NCBI GenBank assembly: GCA_049997795.1
Contig: JBEKVT010000002.1
Span: 65,664 to 129,663, forward strand
Source of the DNA: Minisyncoccia bacterium
GTDB lineage: Bacteria > Patescibacteriota > Minisyncoccia > Phycocordibacterales > PALSA-1337
Length of the DNA stretch: 64,000 nt
Direction of reading: 5' to 3'
Shown here: piece after piece, positions 47,701 through 57,496 of the stretch
Layout of the letters: each line of letters begins with the position of its first letter
Numbering within the stretch: the stretch's first letter is position 1
Position numbers and translations under genes: made by a program
Notes under the pieces: model-generated
Told to the model about the DNA's origin: nothing
What the model saw: only the letters and a program-made list of their open reading frames with translations
Database searches by the model: none

Positions 47701-48147
47701 TCACTGCGCCTCTATGACTATCTTGAACTTGGCCGACTCTCCCGTCGCCGTCTTGACTTCGATCTCGTGCTCGCCGGCCTCCTTGATAGGATGCTCCAGC
47801 TGGATGAACGACGGGTCCACTTGTAGCTGAGTCTGCTTCAAGATCTCCGCGGCGATCGCCTCGCGGTGCAGGCCGGCGAAGAGATGGCCTTTGTCGCTCG
47901 CCTTACCGGAGACCGAGAGGACGAGGCCATCGAGGCCTTTCAAATTCTTGGCGATCAAGTCTTCCTGGAGCTTCCTCTCTCCTTCCGCTTTCGCTCTTTC
48001 GGCCTTCAGGCGCTTCATGGCCTCTGGGACGGCGGCGACGGCCGCGCCGGTCGGGATGAGAAGGTTCAGAGCGTAGCCGGCCGGCACGTCTTTGACGTCG
48101 TATTTCTTGCCGAGCTTCGGCACGTCTTTCAAAAGGATGATCCTCAT
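47701..48147 (-). CDS. rplI: 50S ribosomal protein L9
   Basis: MRIILLKDVPKLGKKYDVKDVPAGYALNLLIP, GHLFAG, PIKEAG. Confidence 0.95.
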   Translation of the reverse strand: MRIILLKDVPKLGKKYDVKDVPAGYALNLLIPTGAAVAAVPEAMKRLKAERAKAEGERKLQEDLIAKNLKGLDGLVLSVSGKASDKGHLFAGLHREAIAAEILKQTQLQVDPSFIQLEHPIKEAGEHEIEVKTATGESAKFKIVIEAQ

Positions 48148-48169
48148 GGCGTTCGTATGATATCGGGGC

Positions 48170-49390
48170 TTAAGGTTTGGCCAGAAGAAGCTCGACGGCC
48201 TTGTCCATCTGCGGGTCTTTGCCGGCCTTGGCGTCGGCGTCCGTCAGGGGCACGTTATAATCTGGATCGAGGCCGTCATGGGAGAGATTGTGGCCGTTCG
48301 GCGTGAGCCAGCGGGCGATGGTCACTTTGAGCGAGGTGTCATCGGTGACCGGTATGAGCTCCTGGACGGAACCCTTGCCGAAGGTCTTCACGCCCACCAG
48401 CTCGGCCACACCCTGCTCTTCCAGGGCGCCAGCCAGGATCTCCGAGGCGGAAGCCGTGCCATTGTCCACCAGGATGACCATCTCCAGGCTGCTGCTGAAG
48501 ACATTGTATCCTTTGCTCCGATATATCTGCGGCAAGCCGTTGTGGCCGAAGTCTTCCGTCACCACCACCTTGCCGATAGGCAGGAACCAGGACGCCATGT
48601 CCCAGGCGGCGTCTAGATAGCCCCCGGGATTGCCGCGCAAGTCGAGGACGAGCTTATGGTCGCCGGAGAGGACGAATTCCCGGAGAGCGTTCCTGAAGAG
48701 GTCCGGGGAATCCGAGGTGAAGCTGTATAGCTTGATGACGAAGATATGATCCGGCCTTTGGACGGTATCGAGAGTCGGGATATTGATGACCTCCCGGACG
48801 ATGGTCCGATCGACCGGTTTGGACGCTCCTTGAGAAAGGAAGGATATCTTGACCTTGCTGCCTTCCGGCCCGCGGATAAGCCCCACCGCCTCGTCCACGC
48901 TCATGTCGGCCGTGGAAGTGCCGTTTATGGAAAGGACGGCGTCGCCGGCCTTGACGCCGGCTCTCTCGGCCGGGCCGCCCTTCAAGGGCGCCACCACCAC
49001 GACTTGGCCGTCCTTCATGCCTATCTCCATGCCGACGCCGCCGAAATTGCCGGAGATGTTCTCCAGGAACATCTTCGACTGTTGCGGCGGGAAGAAGACG
49101 GTGTAGGGATCGCCGTAAGACGAGGCCAGGCCCTTGATCGAGCCCCAGACCTTATCCGCGGCCGTGGTCGAGGCGGCGTTCAGGGCTTTGTCATCCAGGA
49201 TCTGCCAGGCCTTCCAGAACGGGTCGAATTGATCGGCGGTCGTGAACGAGCCGTTGGTCAGAGCGGAGGTGTCGAGGGGCGGCGCTTTCGTGCCGCCGGA
49301 ACGGTAGCCGGCAAGGAAGGCGACCACCAGGGCCAGGAGGCCGATCGCGACATAGGCGGCTTTTCTGTTCTTTTCGCTTGGATGGTCCAT
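48170..49390 (-). CDS. ctpA: C-terminal processing peptidase, S41 family with PDZ
   Basis: DPYTVF, FGGVGMEI, LDLRGNPGG, TASASEI, TFGKGSVQ. Confidence 0.93.
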   Translation of the reverse strand: MDHPSEKNRKAAYVAIGLLALVVAFLAGYRSGGTKAPPLDTSALTNGSFTTADQFDPFWKAWQILDDKALNAASTTAADKVWGSIKGLASSYGDPYTVFFPPQQSKMFLENISGNFGGVGMEIGMKDGQVVVVAPLKGGPAERAGVKAGDAVLSINGTSTADMSVDEAVGLIRGPEGSKVKISFLSQGASKPVDRTIVREVINIPTLDTVQRPDHIFVIKLYSFTSDSPDLFRNALREFVLSGDHKLVLDLRGNPGGYLDAAWDMASWFLPIGKVVVTEDFGHNGLPQIYRSKGYNVFSSSLEMVILVDNGTASASEILAGALEEQGVAELVGVKTFGKGSVQELIPVTDDTSLKVTIARWLTPNGHNLSHDGLDPDYNVPLTDADAKAGKDPQMDKAVELLLAKP

Positions 49391-49466
49391 GATGGAAGTC
49401 CGCCCATTATCGCATAGAACCGTTGTGGAGCAAAGCGGGAGCGGCCGATGTGCTATAATTCACGGC

Positions 49467-50393
49467 ATGATAATCACTCACGCCGCGCGGGGATTGGTGT
49501 GGCTCGATCTCGTTTCGCCGACGGAAGAAGAAATCGGCGGACTGGTCAAGCGCTACAACCTGCACCCCTTGGTCGGCGAGGAGTTGAAGAGCTCCCCTTC
49601 CCTGGCCAAGATCGACTTCTACAAGGATTATGTCCTGGTGGTGCTCACCCTGCCGTCGCGAGAGAAGCGCGAGGAGGGGGGCTACACCATAACCGACCGC
49701 GAGGTGGATTTCGTCATCGGCCGGGACTTCCTGATAACTTCGCGCTCCGACACCGTCGAACAGCTAGAGTACTTCGCCAAGATCTTCGAGACCAACACCA
49801 TCCTGAACAGGGACGAGAAGATCGAGCGCACCGCCCACCTGTTCTATTACATGGTCATGCGCCTCTACGCCGGCATGTGCGAGGACCTGGAGAACATCAA
49901 GGACGCCTTGATCGACGCAGAAAGCCGCATCTTCAAGGGCGACGAGCGCAGAATGGTCGAGGTCCTTTCCGGCCTGTCCCGGGAGCTCATCGACTTCCGC
50001 CAGACGGCCAGGGTCCATCGCGACATCTGGGAAGACATGGCCGTCCTCGCAGACAGGGATTTCTTCGGCAAGGACTTCAGGCCCTACGCCCATGACCTCT
50101 CCGAAGAGTTCGACCGGGTGAATGAGCTCGTCGACAACGCCCGCGAGCTTCTGGCCGATCTGCGCGAGACCAACGATTCTCTTTTGAACACCAAGCAGAA
50201 CGAGATCATCAAGACTCTGACCATCGTCACTTTCATATTCTACCCGGCTACCTTCATCGCTTCCCTCTTCACCATCCCGGCGTCCTTCGTGCCTCTGGTC
50301 GGCGCCAAGAACGGCTGGACGATCATCCTCGTCTTCATGATCGCCGTGACCGCGCTCATCTGGTGGTACATCAAGCGCCAGAAGTGGCTCTAG
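49467..50393 (+). CDS. corA: CorA-family divalent cation transporter (GMN motif not evident)
   Basis: WLDLVSPT...LHPL...KQNEIIKTLTIVTFIFYPATFIASLF; two C-terminal TMs. Confidence 0.85.
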   Translation: MIITHAARGLVWLDLVSPTEEEIGGLVKRYNLHPLVGEELKSSPSLAKIDFYKDYVLVVLTLPSREKREEGGYTITDREVDFVIGRDFLITSRSDTVEQLEYFAKIFETNTILNRDEKIERTAHLFYYMVMRLYAGMCEDLENIKDALIDAESRIFKGDERRMVEVLSGLSRELIDFRQTARVHRDIWEDMAVLADRDFFGKDFRPYAHDLSEEFDRVNELVDNARELLADLRETNDSLLNTKQNEIIKTLTIVTFIFYPATFIASLFTIPASFVPLVGAKNGWTIILVFMIAVTALIWWYIKRQKWL

Positions 50394-50411
50394 GCGGCAT
50401 CGAGGCCAGTC

Positions 50412-51800
50412 ATGGACATCCAGCTCTACAACACCCTTTCCCGAGGCAAGGAGGCATTCAAACCCATAAAGAAGGGCCTAGTCGGCATGTACAACTGCGG
50501 GCCGACGGTCCACGATTACGCCCACATCGGCAATCTGCGGTCGTACGTCTTCGCCGATTCTCTGCGCCGGATGTTCGAATACAACGGCTATGAAGTCGCC
50601 CAGGTCGTAAATATCACCGACGTCGGCCATCTCGTGAGCGATGCCGACGAGGGCGAGGACAAGATGACCAAGGCCCTGAAGCGCGAGGGCAAGCCTCTCT
50701 CCCTGGAAGCGATGCGCGAGGTCGCTACTTTCTACTACGAGCGGTTCGTCGAAGACTTGAAGGCCTTGAATGTCGAGCTGCCGAAGGCGTTCCCGCGGGC
50801 GAGCGACCACATCAAAGAGGACATCGAGCTCATCGGCGCCCTGGAAAAGAAGGGGTTCGTCTACAAGGCGAGCGACGGGATCTATTTCGACACCAGGAGG
50901 TTCCCCGCTTACGGCAAGCTCGGCGGGCGCGCCGATAAGACCGCAGGGACCGGCTCGCGCATCGGCGCCAATCCGGAGAAGCGCGATCCCGCCGATTTCG
51001 CCTTGTGGAAATTCAATCCGAAGCTCGGCTGGCCGAGCCCGTGGGGCCAGGGCTTCCCGGGTTGGCACATTGAGTGCTCGGCCATGTCGGCGAAGTATCT
51101 CGGCCAGCCGTTCGACATCCACACCGGCGGCATCGACCACATCCCCGTGCACCACACGAACGAGATCGCCCAATCGGAAGCGGCGTACGGCAAGCCTCTC
51201 GCCCATTACTGGCTGCACAACGAATTCCTGACCGTCGGCGGAGACGGCAAGATGGCGAAATCGGCCGGCAACTTCATCACCTTGAAGACGCTCGCCGACG
51301 AGTCCATCTCTCCCCTCGCCTACCGGTATTGGCTCCTCTCCGCCCATTACCGTTCGCCAGTCAGATTCACCTATGATGCCGTCAGGGCGGCTCAAAACGC
51401 CCTTATAAGGCTCCTGGCGGCCGTGGGAAGCTATCCGGACGGCGGCAAGGCTGTTCCGGCCTATAAAGAGCGCTTTTTGGCTTTTGTAAACGATGACTTG
51501 GACATGCCCGAGGCCGTGGCTTTAGCTTGGGAACTGGTCAAGGACCCGAAGGTAAACGACGCTGACAAGCGCGCCACTCTCCTCGATTTTGATCGGGTCT
51601 TCGGCCTGAAGCTAGATTCCGCGCCCCGAGTCGAAGAAGAAACGGTTCCGGAAGAGATCAAGGCCCTCTCGGATGCTCGCGAAGGAGCCAGAAAAGCCAA
51701 AGACTGGAAGAAGGCCGACGCTATCCGCGTCGAGATAGAGGCCCGTGGCTTTGAAGTGAGCGACACCCCGGAGGGCGCCCGCGTCAGGCCGAAACGCTAG
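50412..51800 (+). CDS. cysS: Cysteine--tRNA ligase
   Basis: CGPTVHDYAHIGNLR, DFALWK, PGWHIECSAM, KMAKS. Confidence 0.97.
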   Translation: MDIQLYNTLSRGKEAFKPIKKGLVGMYNCGPTVHDYAHIGNLRSYVFADSLRRMFEYNGYEVAQVVNITDVGHLVSDADEGEDKMTKALKREGKPLSLEAMREVATFYYERFVEDLKALNVELPKAFPRASDHIKEDIELIGALEKKGFVYKASDGIYFDTRRFPAYGKLGGRADKTAGTGSRIGANPEKRDPADFALWKFNPKLGWPSPWGQGFPGWHIECSAMSAKYLGQPFDIHTGGIDHIPVHHTNEIAQSEAAYGKPLAHYWLHNEFLTVGGDGKMAKSAGNFITLKTLADESISPLAYRYWLLSAHYRSPVRFTYDAVRAAQNALIRLLAAVGSYPDGGKAVPAYKERFLAFVNDDLDMPEAVALAWELVKDPKVNDADKRATLLDFDRVFGLKLDSAPRVEEETVPEEIKALSDAREGARKAKDWKKADAIRVEIEARGFEVSDTPEGARVRPKR

Positions 51801-51972
51801 ATAATCCGATCTTGTCTTCTACATCCGATAGTCTCGAATATATCCGCGACTCGGCGGCGTCGATGCGCTCTTCCAGGCGCTCGAAGCTCCTTGCGAGCGA
51901 AACGGCGATGTCGTCCCCATTCTTGTATATGACCCGTTCCAGCAATTCCACATCTTTTTGATCCAATGACAT
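51784..51972 (-). CDS. Small coiled-coil hypothetical protein, 62 aa
   Basis: ATG-started helical ORF convergent with and overlapping the cysS end; GC hairpin upstream. Confidence 0.55.
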   Translation of the reverse strand: MSLDQKDVELLERVIYKNGDDIAVSLARSFERLEERIDAAESRIYSRLSDVEDKIGLSSVSA

Positions 51973-52213
51973 TTGAGTGCGCGGCGCTTCGGCAGCGCCG
52001 CAGCGGCTAGCTTTTAATGTGTAAAAGATACCAGACGCTTGCTAAAATGGGCCTCAAAAAAGGTTCAAATTCCGGTGAAAAAAGATTAAAATCCTGGTGA
52101 AGAAAATCTCAAATCCGCCTGAATTTCCTTTCCACACCTTTTCCACTTTTCCCTAAAACGCCGAAAAATCCCCGGCGGGACCGTGCTACAATCATCCGTG
52201 CTACAATGCTTCC

Positions 52214-53611
52214 ATGAGCCCCGTATCCCCATACGTCAAAGCCAAAGACCTGAAGATCCCGCCCCAGAGCCTGGAAGCGGAAAAGGCCCTGCTCGGCTCG
52301 ATCATGACCCGCGGCGAAGCCATGAACGACGTCGTGGACCTCGTGAACGAGCAGTCTTTCTATTCGAACCAGCACCGCATGATCTGGTCGGCGCTCCTGG
52401 AACTCCACACCAAGAGCAACCCGATAGACATCCTGTCCGTCTCGGCGCGCCTCAAGGACAAGGGCCAGTTGGACGAGATCGGCGGCATGTCATATCTCTC
52501 CGAGCTCATCAACACCGTCCCCTCTTCCACCAACGCCGCTCACTACGCCGAGATCGTCGAGAAGAAGCACGTCATGCGCGAGCTCCTGCGCGCCGCAGAA
52601 GTCATAAGCGGCCTCGGCTACGACGAAGAGGCCGACCTGCACGAGCTCCTGGAAAAGGCGGAGAAGGAGCTGTACGCCGTGACCTCGAAGACCGGCTCGC
52701 ACAAGTTCGTGGCTCTGAAGGACATCCTGGACACGGCCTTCGAGCGGATCGACCATCTGCACAATACCAAGAACGAGCTGCGCGGCGTGCCTACCGGCTT
52801 CCCGGAGCTCGATAACAGGCTAGCCGGCTTCCAGAAATCTGACCTGATAATCTTGGCCGCCCGCCCCTCGATGGGCAAGACTTCGCTCGCCCTCGACATC
52901 GCCAGGAAGACGGCGGTCAACCACAAGATACCAGTGGCTATCTTCTCTCTCGAGATGAGCTCGCAGCAGCTCGTCGATCGCATGCTGGCCGCCGAATCGC
53001 ACGTCGATTCCTGGAAGCTCCGGACCGGCCGCAATCTCTCGGTGGAGCACGACTTCAAAGCCATAGGCGACGCCATCAGCCGGCTGTCTGAAGCGCCGAT
53101 ATTCATCGACGACACCGCCGGCAACAACATCCTGAAGATCCGCGCCGTAGCCAGGCGCCTGAAGAGCGAGAAGAATCTGGGGCTCATCGTCGTCGATTAC
53201 CTTCAGCTCATGGTGCCGACTCAGGCCGGCCGCTATAACGACAACCTCGTCCAGCAGGTCACGGAGATCTCAAGGTCGCTTAAGACCCTGGCCCGCGAGC
53301 TCGAGATACCCGTCTTGGCCCTTTCCCAGCTTTCCCGCGCCGTGGAACAGCGCGGCGGCAAGCCTCGCTTGTCCGACCTCCGCGATTCCGGCTCGATCGA
53401 GCAGGACGCCGACGTGGTCATGTTCATCCATCGCGAGATAGACCAGGAGCGGGGCGGCCACAAGGAGGAAGCCGATATCCTGATCGAGAAGCACCGGAAC
53501 GGCCCGACCGGCTCGGTCAAGCTCTTCTTCGACCAGAGGAAGACGACTTTCTTGTCGATCGACAAGGCGGACTTCGGAGAAGCCGAGAAACCGGCCGAGC
53601 CGACGTTCTGA
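52214..53611 (+). CDS. dnaB: Replicative DNA helicase
   Basis: PPQSLEAEKALLG, AARPSMGKT, DYLQLM, LSQLSR, DLRDSGSIEQDAD, KHRNGPTG. Confidence 0.98.
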   Translation: MSPVSPYVKAKDLKIPPQSLEAEKALLGSIMTRGEAMNDVVDLVNEQSFYSNQHRMIWSALLELHTKSNPIDILSVSARLKDKGQLDEIGGMSYLSELINTVPSSTNAAHYAEIVEKKHVMRELLRAAEVISGLGYDEEADLHELLEKAEKELYAVTSKTGSHKFVALKDILDTAFERIDHLHNTKNELRGVPTGFPELDNRLAGFQKSDLIILAARPSMGKTSLALDIARKTAVNHKIPVAIFSLEMSSQQLVDRMLAAESHVDSWKLRTGRNLSVEHDFKAIGDAISRLSEAPIFIDDTAGNNILKIRAVARRLKSEKNLGLIVVDYLQLMVPTQAGRYNDNLVQQVTEISRSLKTLARELEIPVLALSQLSRAVEQRGGKPRLSDLRDSGSIEQDADVVMFIHREIDQERGGHKEEADILIEKHRNGPTGSVKLFFDQRKTTFLSIDKADFGEAEKPAEPTF

Positions 53612-53613
53612 AC

Positions 53614-54189
53614 ATGAAGCGGGCAGTCATCGTCCATTGTTGGAGCGGCACCCCGGGATACTGCTGGTATCCGTACGCAAGGAGAGAGCTGGAAGGGCGC
53701 GGCTTCGAAGTGGAAGTGCCCGCCATGCCGGACACGGACGCGCCGGATCTCGCCAAGTGGCTGCCGAAGCTCCGGGAAGCCGTCGGAACGCCCGATGAAG
53801 ACACGTATCTCGTGGGCCACAGCGTCGGTTGCATCACCATATTGCGCTATTTGGAGTCGCTGCCGGCCGGCCAAAGGGTCGGCGGCGCGGTCTTGGTCGC
53901 CGGTCCCGCTGACGACATCGGCTATGAAGAGATCGAAAGCTTTTTCAAGACGCCAGTCGATTTCAATAAAGCAAAGGCGAGCGTCAAGAACGGTTTCGTG
54001 GCCATACATTCCGATAATGATCCGTACGTCGGCCTCAAGCACGGCGAGACGCTCAAAAAAGAATTGGGCGCGGAATTGATCGTCAAGCACGACGCCAATC
54101 ACTTCGCCGGGATGGAAAACTACGGCGAGAAGGACTGCCTTGAATTACCGGACGTTGTCGATGCCGTAGTCAGGCTTTCGTCGAGATAA
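53614..54189 (+). CDS. RBBP9/YdeN-family alpha/beta hydrolase
   Basis: VHCWSG...WYP, LVGHSVG nucleophile, HSDNDPYV, NHF. Confidence 0.9.
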   Translation: MKRAVIVHCWSGTPGYCWYPYARRELEGRGFEVEVPAMPDTDAPDLAKWLPKLREAVGTPDEDTYLVGHSVGCITILRYLESLPAGQRVGGAVLVAGPADDIGYEEIESFFKTPVDFNKAKASVKNGFVAIHSDNDPYVGLKHGETLKKELGAELIVKHDANHFAGMENYGEKDCLELPDVVDAVVRLSSR

Positions 54190-54204
54190 CGATCATTCCC
54201 TACC

Positions 54205-54819
54205 ATGGATTCATTGCGGAAACTAGAAGAGATCTTCGCCCGCTTCCCCGGCATCGGGCCGCGGCAGGCCAGGCGCTTCGTCTATTACCTGTTGAATAAA
54301 TCGCCGGCATCCATAAAAGAGCTGGCGGACTTGATAGAAGAGGTCAAAAAGACCACGGCCGAATGCAGCAGATGCCACAGGTTCTTCGTCGGCACGGATT
54401 CGAAAATCGTCGCGTGCCCCATCTGTTTGGACCAAACGCGCGACGCTTCGTCGCTCATGGTGGTCGCTCGTGACTCGGATTTCGAATCCATCGAGAAGAG
54501 CGGCGCCTACAAGGGCCTTTATTTCATCCTCGGCGGCACGGTGCCGATCCTAGATAAAGAGGCCGAGAAGCGCGTCCGCCTGAAGCCCTTGCTCGAAAGG
54601 ATAGCCGGCAAGGCCTCCGGGATAAAAGAGGTCATCCTGTCCTTGAATGCCACGCCGGACGGCGAGAATACGGCGGAAATCGTCAAGGAGGCTATTTTAA
54701 AGACGGCCACCGGCAAGAGGATCAAGGTCACGATACTCGGCCGCGGTCTCTCGACTGGCGCCGAGCTCGAATACGCGGACACCGACACGATCAAAAGCGC
54801 CCTGAAGAATAGGCACTGA
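54205..54819 (+). CDS. recR: Recombination mediator RecR
   Basis: FPGIGPRQARR (HhH), CSRC...CPIC zinc finger, Toprim, GRGL..GAELEYAD. Confidence 0.95.
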   Translation: MDSLRKLEEIFARFPGIGPRQARRFVYYLLNKSPASIKELADLIEEVKKTTAECSRCHRFFVGTDSKIVACPICLDQTRDASSLMVVARDSDFESIEKSGAYKGLYFILGGTVPILDKEAEKRVRLKPLLERIAGKASGIKEVILSLNATPDGENTAEIVKEAILKTATGKRIKVTILGRGLSTGAELEYADTDTIKSALKNRH

Positions 54820-54935
54820 AACACATTCGTCTCTCGATACCCGGAAAAGCCCCTGCAGGGGCTTTTCCTTATCCTCGGAGATTTCTTGCTAGAAATCTCC
54901 TGCGGAGGTATTTCGAGACGAATGTGTTTCAGTGC
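54813..54935. repeat. Branched palindromic element filling the recR/rplU convergent gap
   Basis: 54813-54833 is the perfect reverse complement of 54915-54935 (21 bp); encloses two further hairpins. Confidence 0.85.
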
Positions 54936-55256
54936 TTATTTGAGCGAGTTTATCTTGACCTTGAAGAAGGGCTGGCGATGGCCGTTCCGCTTCCAGCCCG
55001 AGCGGCTCTTCTGCTTGTACCGGACGACCAGGACCTTCGGGGCGCGGCCGATCTTCGCGATGGTGCCGGTCACTTTGGCTTTGGGAATGTAAGGGGTGCC
55101 GATGGTTGTGTCCTTGCCGTCGTCGACCAGAAGGACTTTGTCAAAGGCAACAGAATCGCCCTCTTTGTGGGCGCCGGCGAGCTTCTCGATGGTGATGGTG
55201 TCACCTTTCGAGACCGTGTACTGCTTGCCTCCCGTTTGGATGACGGCGAATTCCAT
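54936..55256 (-). CDS. rplU: 50S ribosomal protein L21
   Basis: FAVIQTGGKQY.V, IGTPY, NGHRQPF. Confidence 0.96.
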   Translation of the reverse strand: MEFAVIQTGGKQYTVSKGDTITIEKLAGAHKEGDSVAFDKVLLVDDGKDTTIGTPYIPKAKVTGTIAKIGRAPKVLVVRYKQKSRSGWKRNGHRQPFFKVKINSLK

Positions 55257-55315
55257 AGGCGGATACTATACAGGAATCCGCTAAGGAACGCAAACAGCAG
55301 CTTATAATATCGAGA

Positions 55316-56371
55316 TCACTCGGTGTCGGGCTTCTCCAGCGCCGGCACTTCGATCCCAGGCGCTTCTCCGGTGATGCGCAGGACATCCTTGTCAACCTTC
55401 TTGAGCTCCTTGCCGGAATTATTGTAATGGTTGATGACCGTCGATAGCGACATGCCAAGCTTGCTGTGATAATCGGCGTATTTATTCAGATGCGTGCCGA
55501 GCTCTCCTACCCGCTTGATGATGTCTTTGGCAGTCTCTTCGATCTGCATAGCCTTCAAGCCCTGAAGAACGGTCTGCAGATAAGCCAGGAATGAGGTCGG
55601 CGAAACGATGATGACCTTGTATTTGCCGGCGGCGCGCTGGATCAAGTTGTCGGTCTCCTCGGTAACTTCCCCGATCTTATTCACCAAGAGGTCGTAATAG
55701 ATGGCTTCGTGCGGGATGAACATGAAGGCGAAGTCCATGGTGCCTTCGGCCGGCCGGACGTATTTGGCGGTCTCCTGGATGCGGATCTTCAAGTCGCCGA
55801 CGAAGGCCTTCTCCAGTTTCTCGCGCTCCGCCGGATTGTGCTCCTCGGCCAGCTTGTTGTAATTCTCGAGCGAGAACTTCGAATCGACCGGGATTATCTT
55901 GTCTTTGACGAAGATGGCGGCGTCCACCACTTCCCCGTTCTTGAAAGCGTACTGCATCTGATACTGGCCCGGCGCCAGGACGTTCTTCAGGAGCGTCTCC
56001 AGATAGTACTCGCCGAGGACGCCGCGGTGCTTCGGGTTTTTCAAGATGTCTTGGAGATCCTGCAGCTGCGTGGTGAACGAAACCGTCTGCTTGCCTATCT
56101 CCTTGACCTGGGCCAATTCATTGGTGATATCCTTGATCAACCGTTGCGACTCGCTGAATTGCCGGTGCAAGGCCGCGGCCATCTCTTTGGTATTTTCCCC
56201 GAGCTTGGCGTCGACGGAGCGGCGCAAATCGCTGACCTGATCGGCCACGAGCTTCAGGCCGGCCCCGTCCTCCTGTTTGTCCGGCTTGCGGCGCGAAAGC
56301 ATCGTAGCCAGAACAATGTTGGCAATAACCGCCAAAACGATTAGAATGATGAGCACAGTCTCCATAACCAT
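55316..56371 (-). CDS. rmuC: DNA recombination protein RmuC
   Basis: N-terminal TM + coiled coil; KHRGVLGE, PVDSKF, FAFMFIPHEAIY, VSPTSF; true start ATG 56371 or 56365, not 56929. Confidence 0.92.
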   Translation of the reverse strand: MVMETVLIILIVLAVIANIVLATMLSRRKPDKQEDGAGLKLVADQVSDLRRSVDAKLGENTKEMAAALHRQFSESQRLIKDITNELAQVKEIGKQTVSFTTQLQDLQDILKNPKHRGVLGEYYLETLLKNVLAPGQYQMQYAFKNGEVVDAAIFVKDKIIPVDSKFSLENYNKLAEEHNPAEREKLEKAFVGDLKIRIQETAKYVRPAEGTMDFAFMFIPHEAIYYDLLVNKIGEVTEETDNLIQRAAGKYKVIIVSPTSFLAYLQTVLQGLKAMQIEETAKDIIKRVGELGTHLNKYADYHSKLGMSLSTVINHYNNSGKELKKVDKDVLRITGEAPGIEVPALEKPDTE

Positions 56372-56389
56372 AAGTATATAGAAACTATC

Positions 56390-56860
56390 ATGATTCACCA
56401 AACCATAAAAGAGCAGATCAAGGATGCCCTGCGCGCTAAGGACACGATCCGCCTGGAGACGTTGCGTGGCTTGAACGCCCTTTGTCAGAACGAGCTCCTG
56501 TCTGCCAAGGTGCCGGCCGGCCAGGCATTCCTGCCTGATGAAGCGGTCCTCGCCCTCATAAAGCGCAGCGTCAAGCAGAGGAAGGATTCCATCGAGCAAT
56601 TCGGGAAGGGCGGCCGCGACGATCTGGTCGAGAAGGAGAAGGCCGAGCTCAAGATCCTGGAATCGTATCTGCCGCAGATGATGACCCGGGCCGAGATCGC
56701 GGTCGTAGCCAAGGCGCGCGTCGAAAAGCTCAAATCGGAAGGCACCTTCGACCCCAAGGCCGGCGGCAAGATGACGGGCATGATCATGAAGGAACTCGCC
56801 GGCAGGGCCGACGGCGCCGACGTGAAGGCGGTAGTAGACGAGCTCATGGAAGCCAAATAA
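56390..56860 (+). CDS. GatB/YqeY domain protein
   Basis: KQRKDSIEQF..GGR.DL...E..ILESYLP...GRADG. Confidence 0.92.
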   Translation: MIHQTIKEQIKDALRAKDTIRLETLRGLNALCQNELLSAKVPAGQAFLPDEAVLALIKRSVKQRKDSIEQFGKGGRDDLVEKEKAELKILESYLPQMMTRAEIAVVAKARVEKLKSEGTFDPKAGGKMTGMIMKELAGRADGADVKAVVDELMEAK

Positions 56861-56891
56861 AAACAGGCACCTCGGTGGAGACGCCTGTCCG

Positions 56892-57422
56892 TCAGTGGAG
56901 TTTGCCACTGGCTCTGCGTTTGACGGCAAGATCCCTGAACCATTCCCTTCCCCCGAGTTTATCGATGATAGGAAACAGAAGGGTCAGGAAGATGTCAGTA
57001 AGCGCATTTGTTGGTATCGGCATCCCCCACGTCGTGATGTGAGTCGCTTTCAAACCCCTGGCAAGCCTTTGGACCCTCCAGTGATGGAGAAAGCTTGAGA
57101 TCAGGATCAATTCGACACCAGGTATTTTTTCGGCCAATGCTCCGGCCGCTTTCCTGATGAAATCGATTTGTCCCATGGTCTCTTTCCCTTTCCTGATTAC
57201 CTTGAGGTTCTGACAGCCGAGCTCCTTGAGAGTCTCGGCATATGTGTCTGCCTCATGGCGCCCTCCTTTGATTTGTACGTCGGAGAGCACCAGGACCATC
57301 GAGTCTTTACTCGCCTTCGCGAGCTCGACGGCTCTTACCAGTCCCCGATACCAATCCTGCCATTTCCTTGGCCCGATCCGGAATCCGTAGGGCCATTTTG
57401 TCAATGGAACTATGAGTTTTAT
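56892..57422 (-). CDS. DUF218/YdcF-like protein, possible ATA start
   Basis: HEADTY..., ET.GQ, LILISSFLHHWRV resemble DUF218 motifs; SD AAAGGGGTGA 6 nt before in-frame ATA at 57422. Confidence 0.55.
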   Translation of the reverse strand: MKLIVPLTKWPYGFRIGPRKWQDWYRGLVRAVELAKASKDSMVLVLSDVQIKGGRHEADTYAETLKELGCQNLKVIRKGKETMGQIDFIRKAAGALAEKIPGVELILISSFLHHWRVQRLARGLKATHITTWGMPIPTNALTDIFLTLLFPIIDKLGGREWFRDLAVKRRASGKLH

Positions 57423-57496
57423 GGGTATTCACCCCCTTTCGGCTGACAGGATAACATAATAAATGGCTTCTGTCAATAAGTGTATAATAATATGGC

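Noticed and set aside
56372-56929. N-terminal extension of the rmuC ORF
   Set aside because: Antisense to the YqeY gene; the RmuC TM starts at 56371/56365
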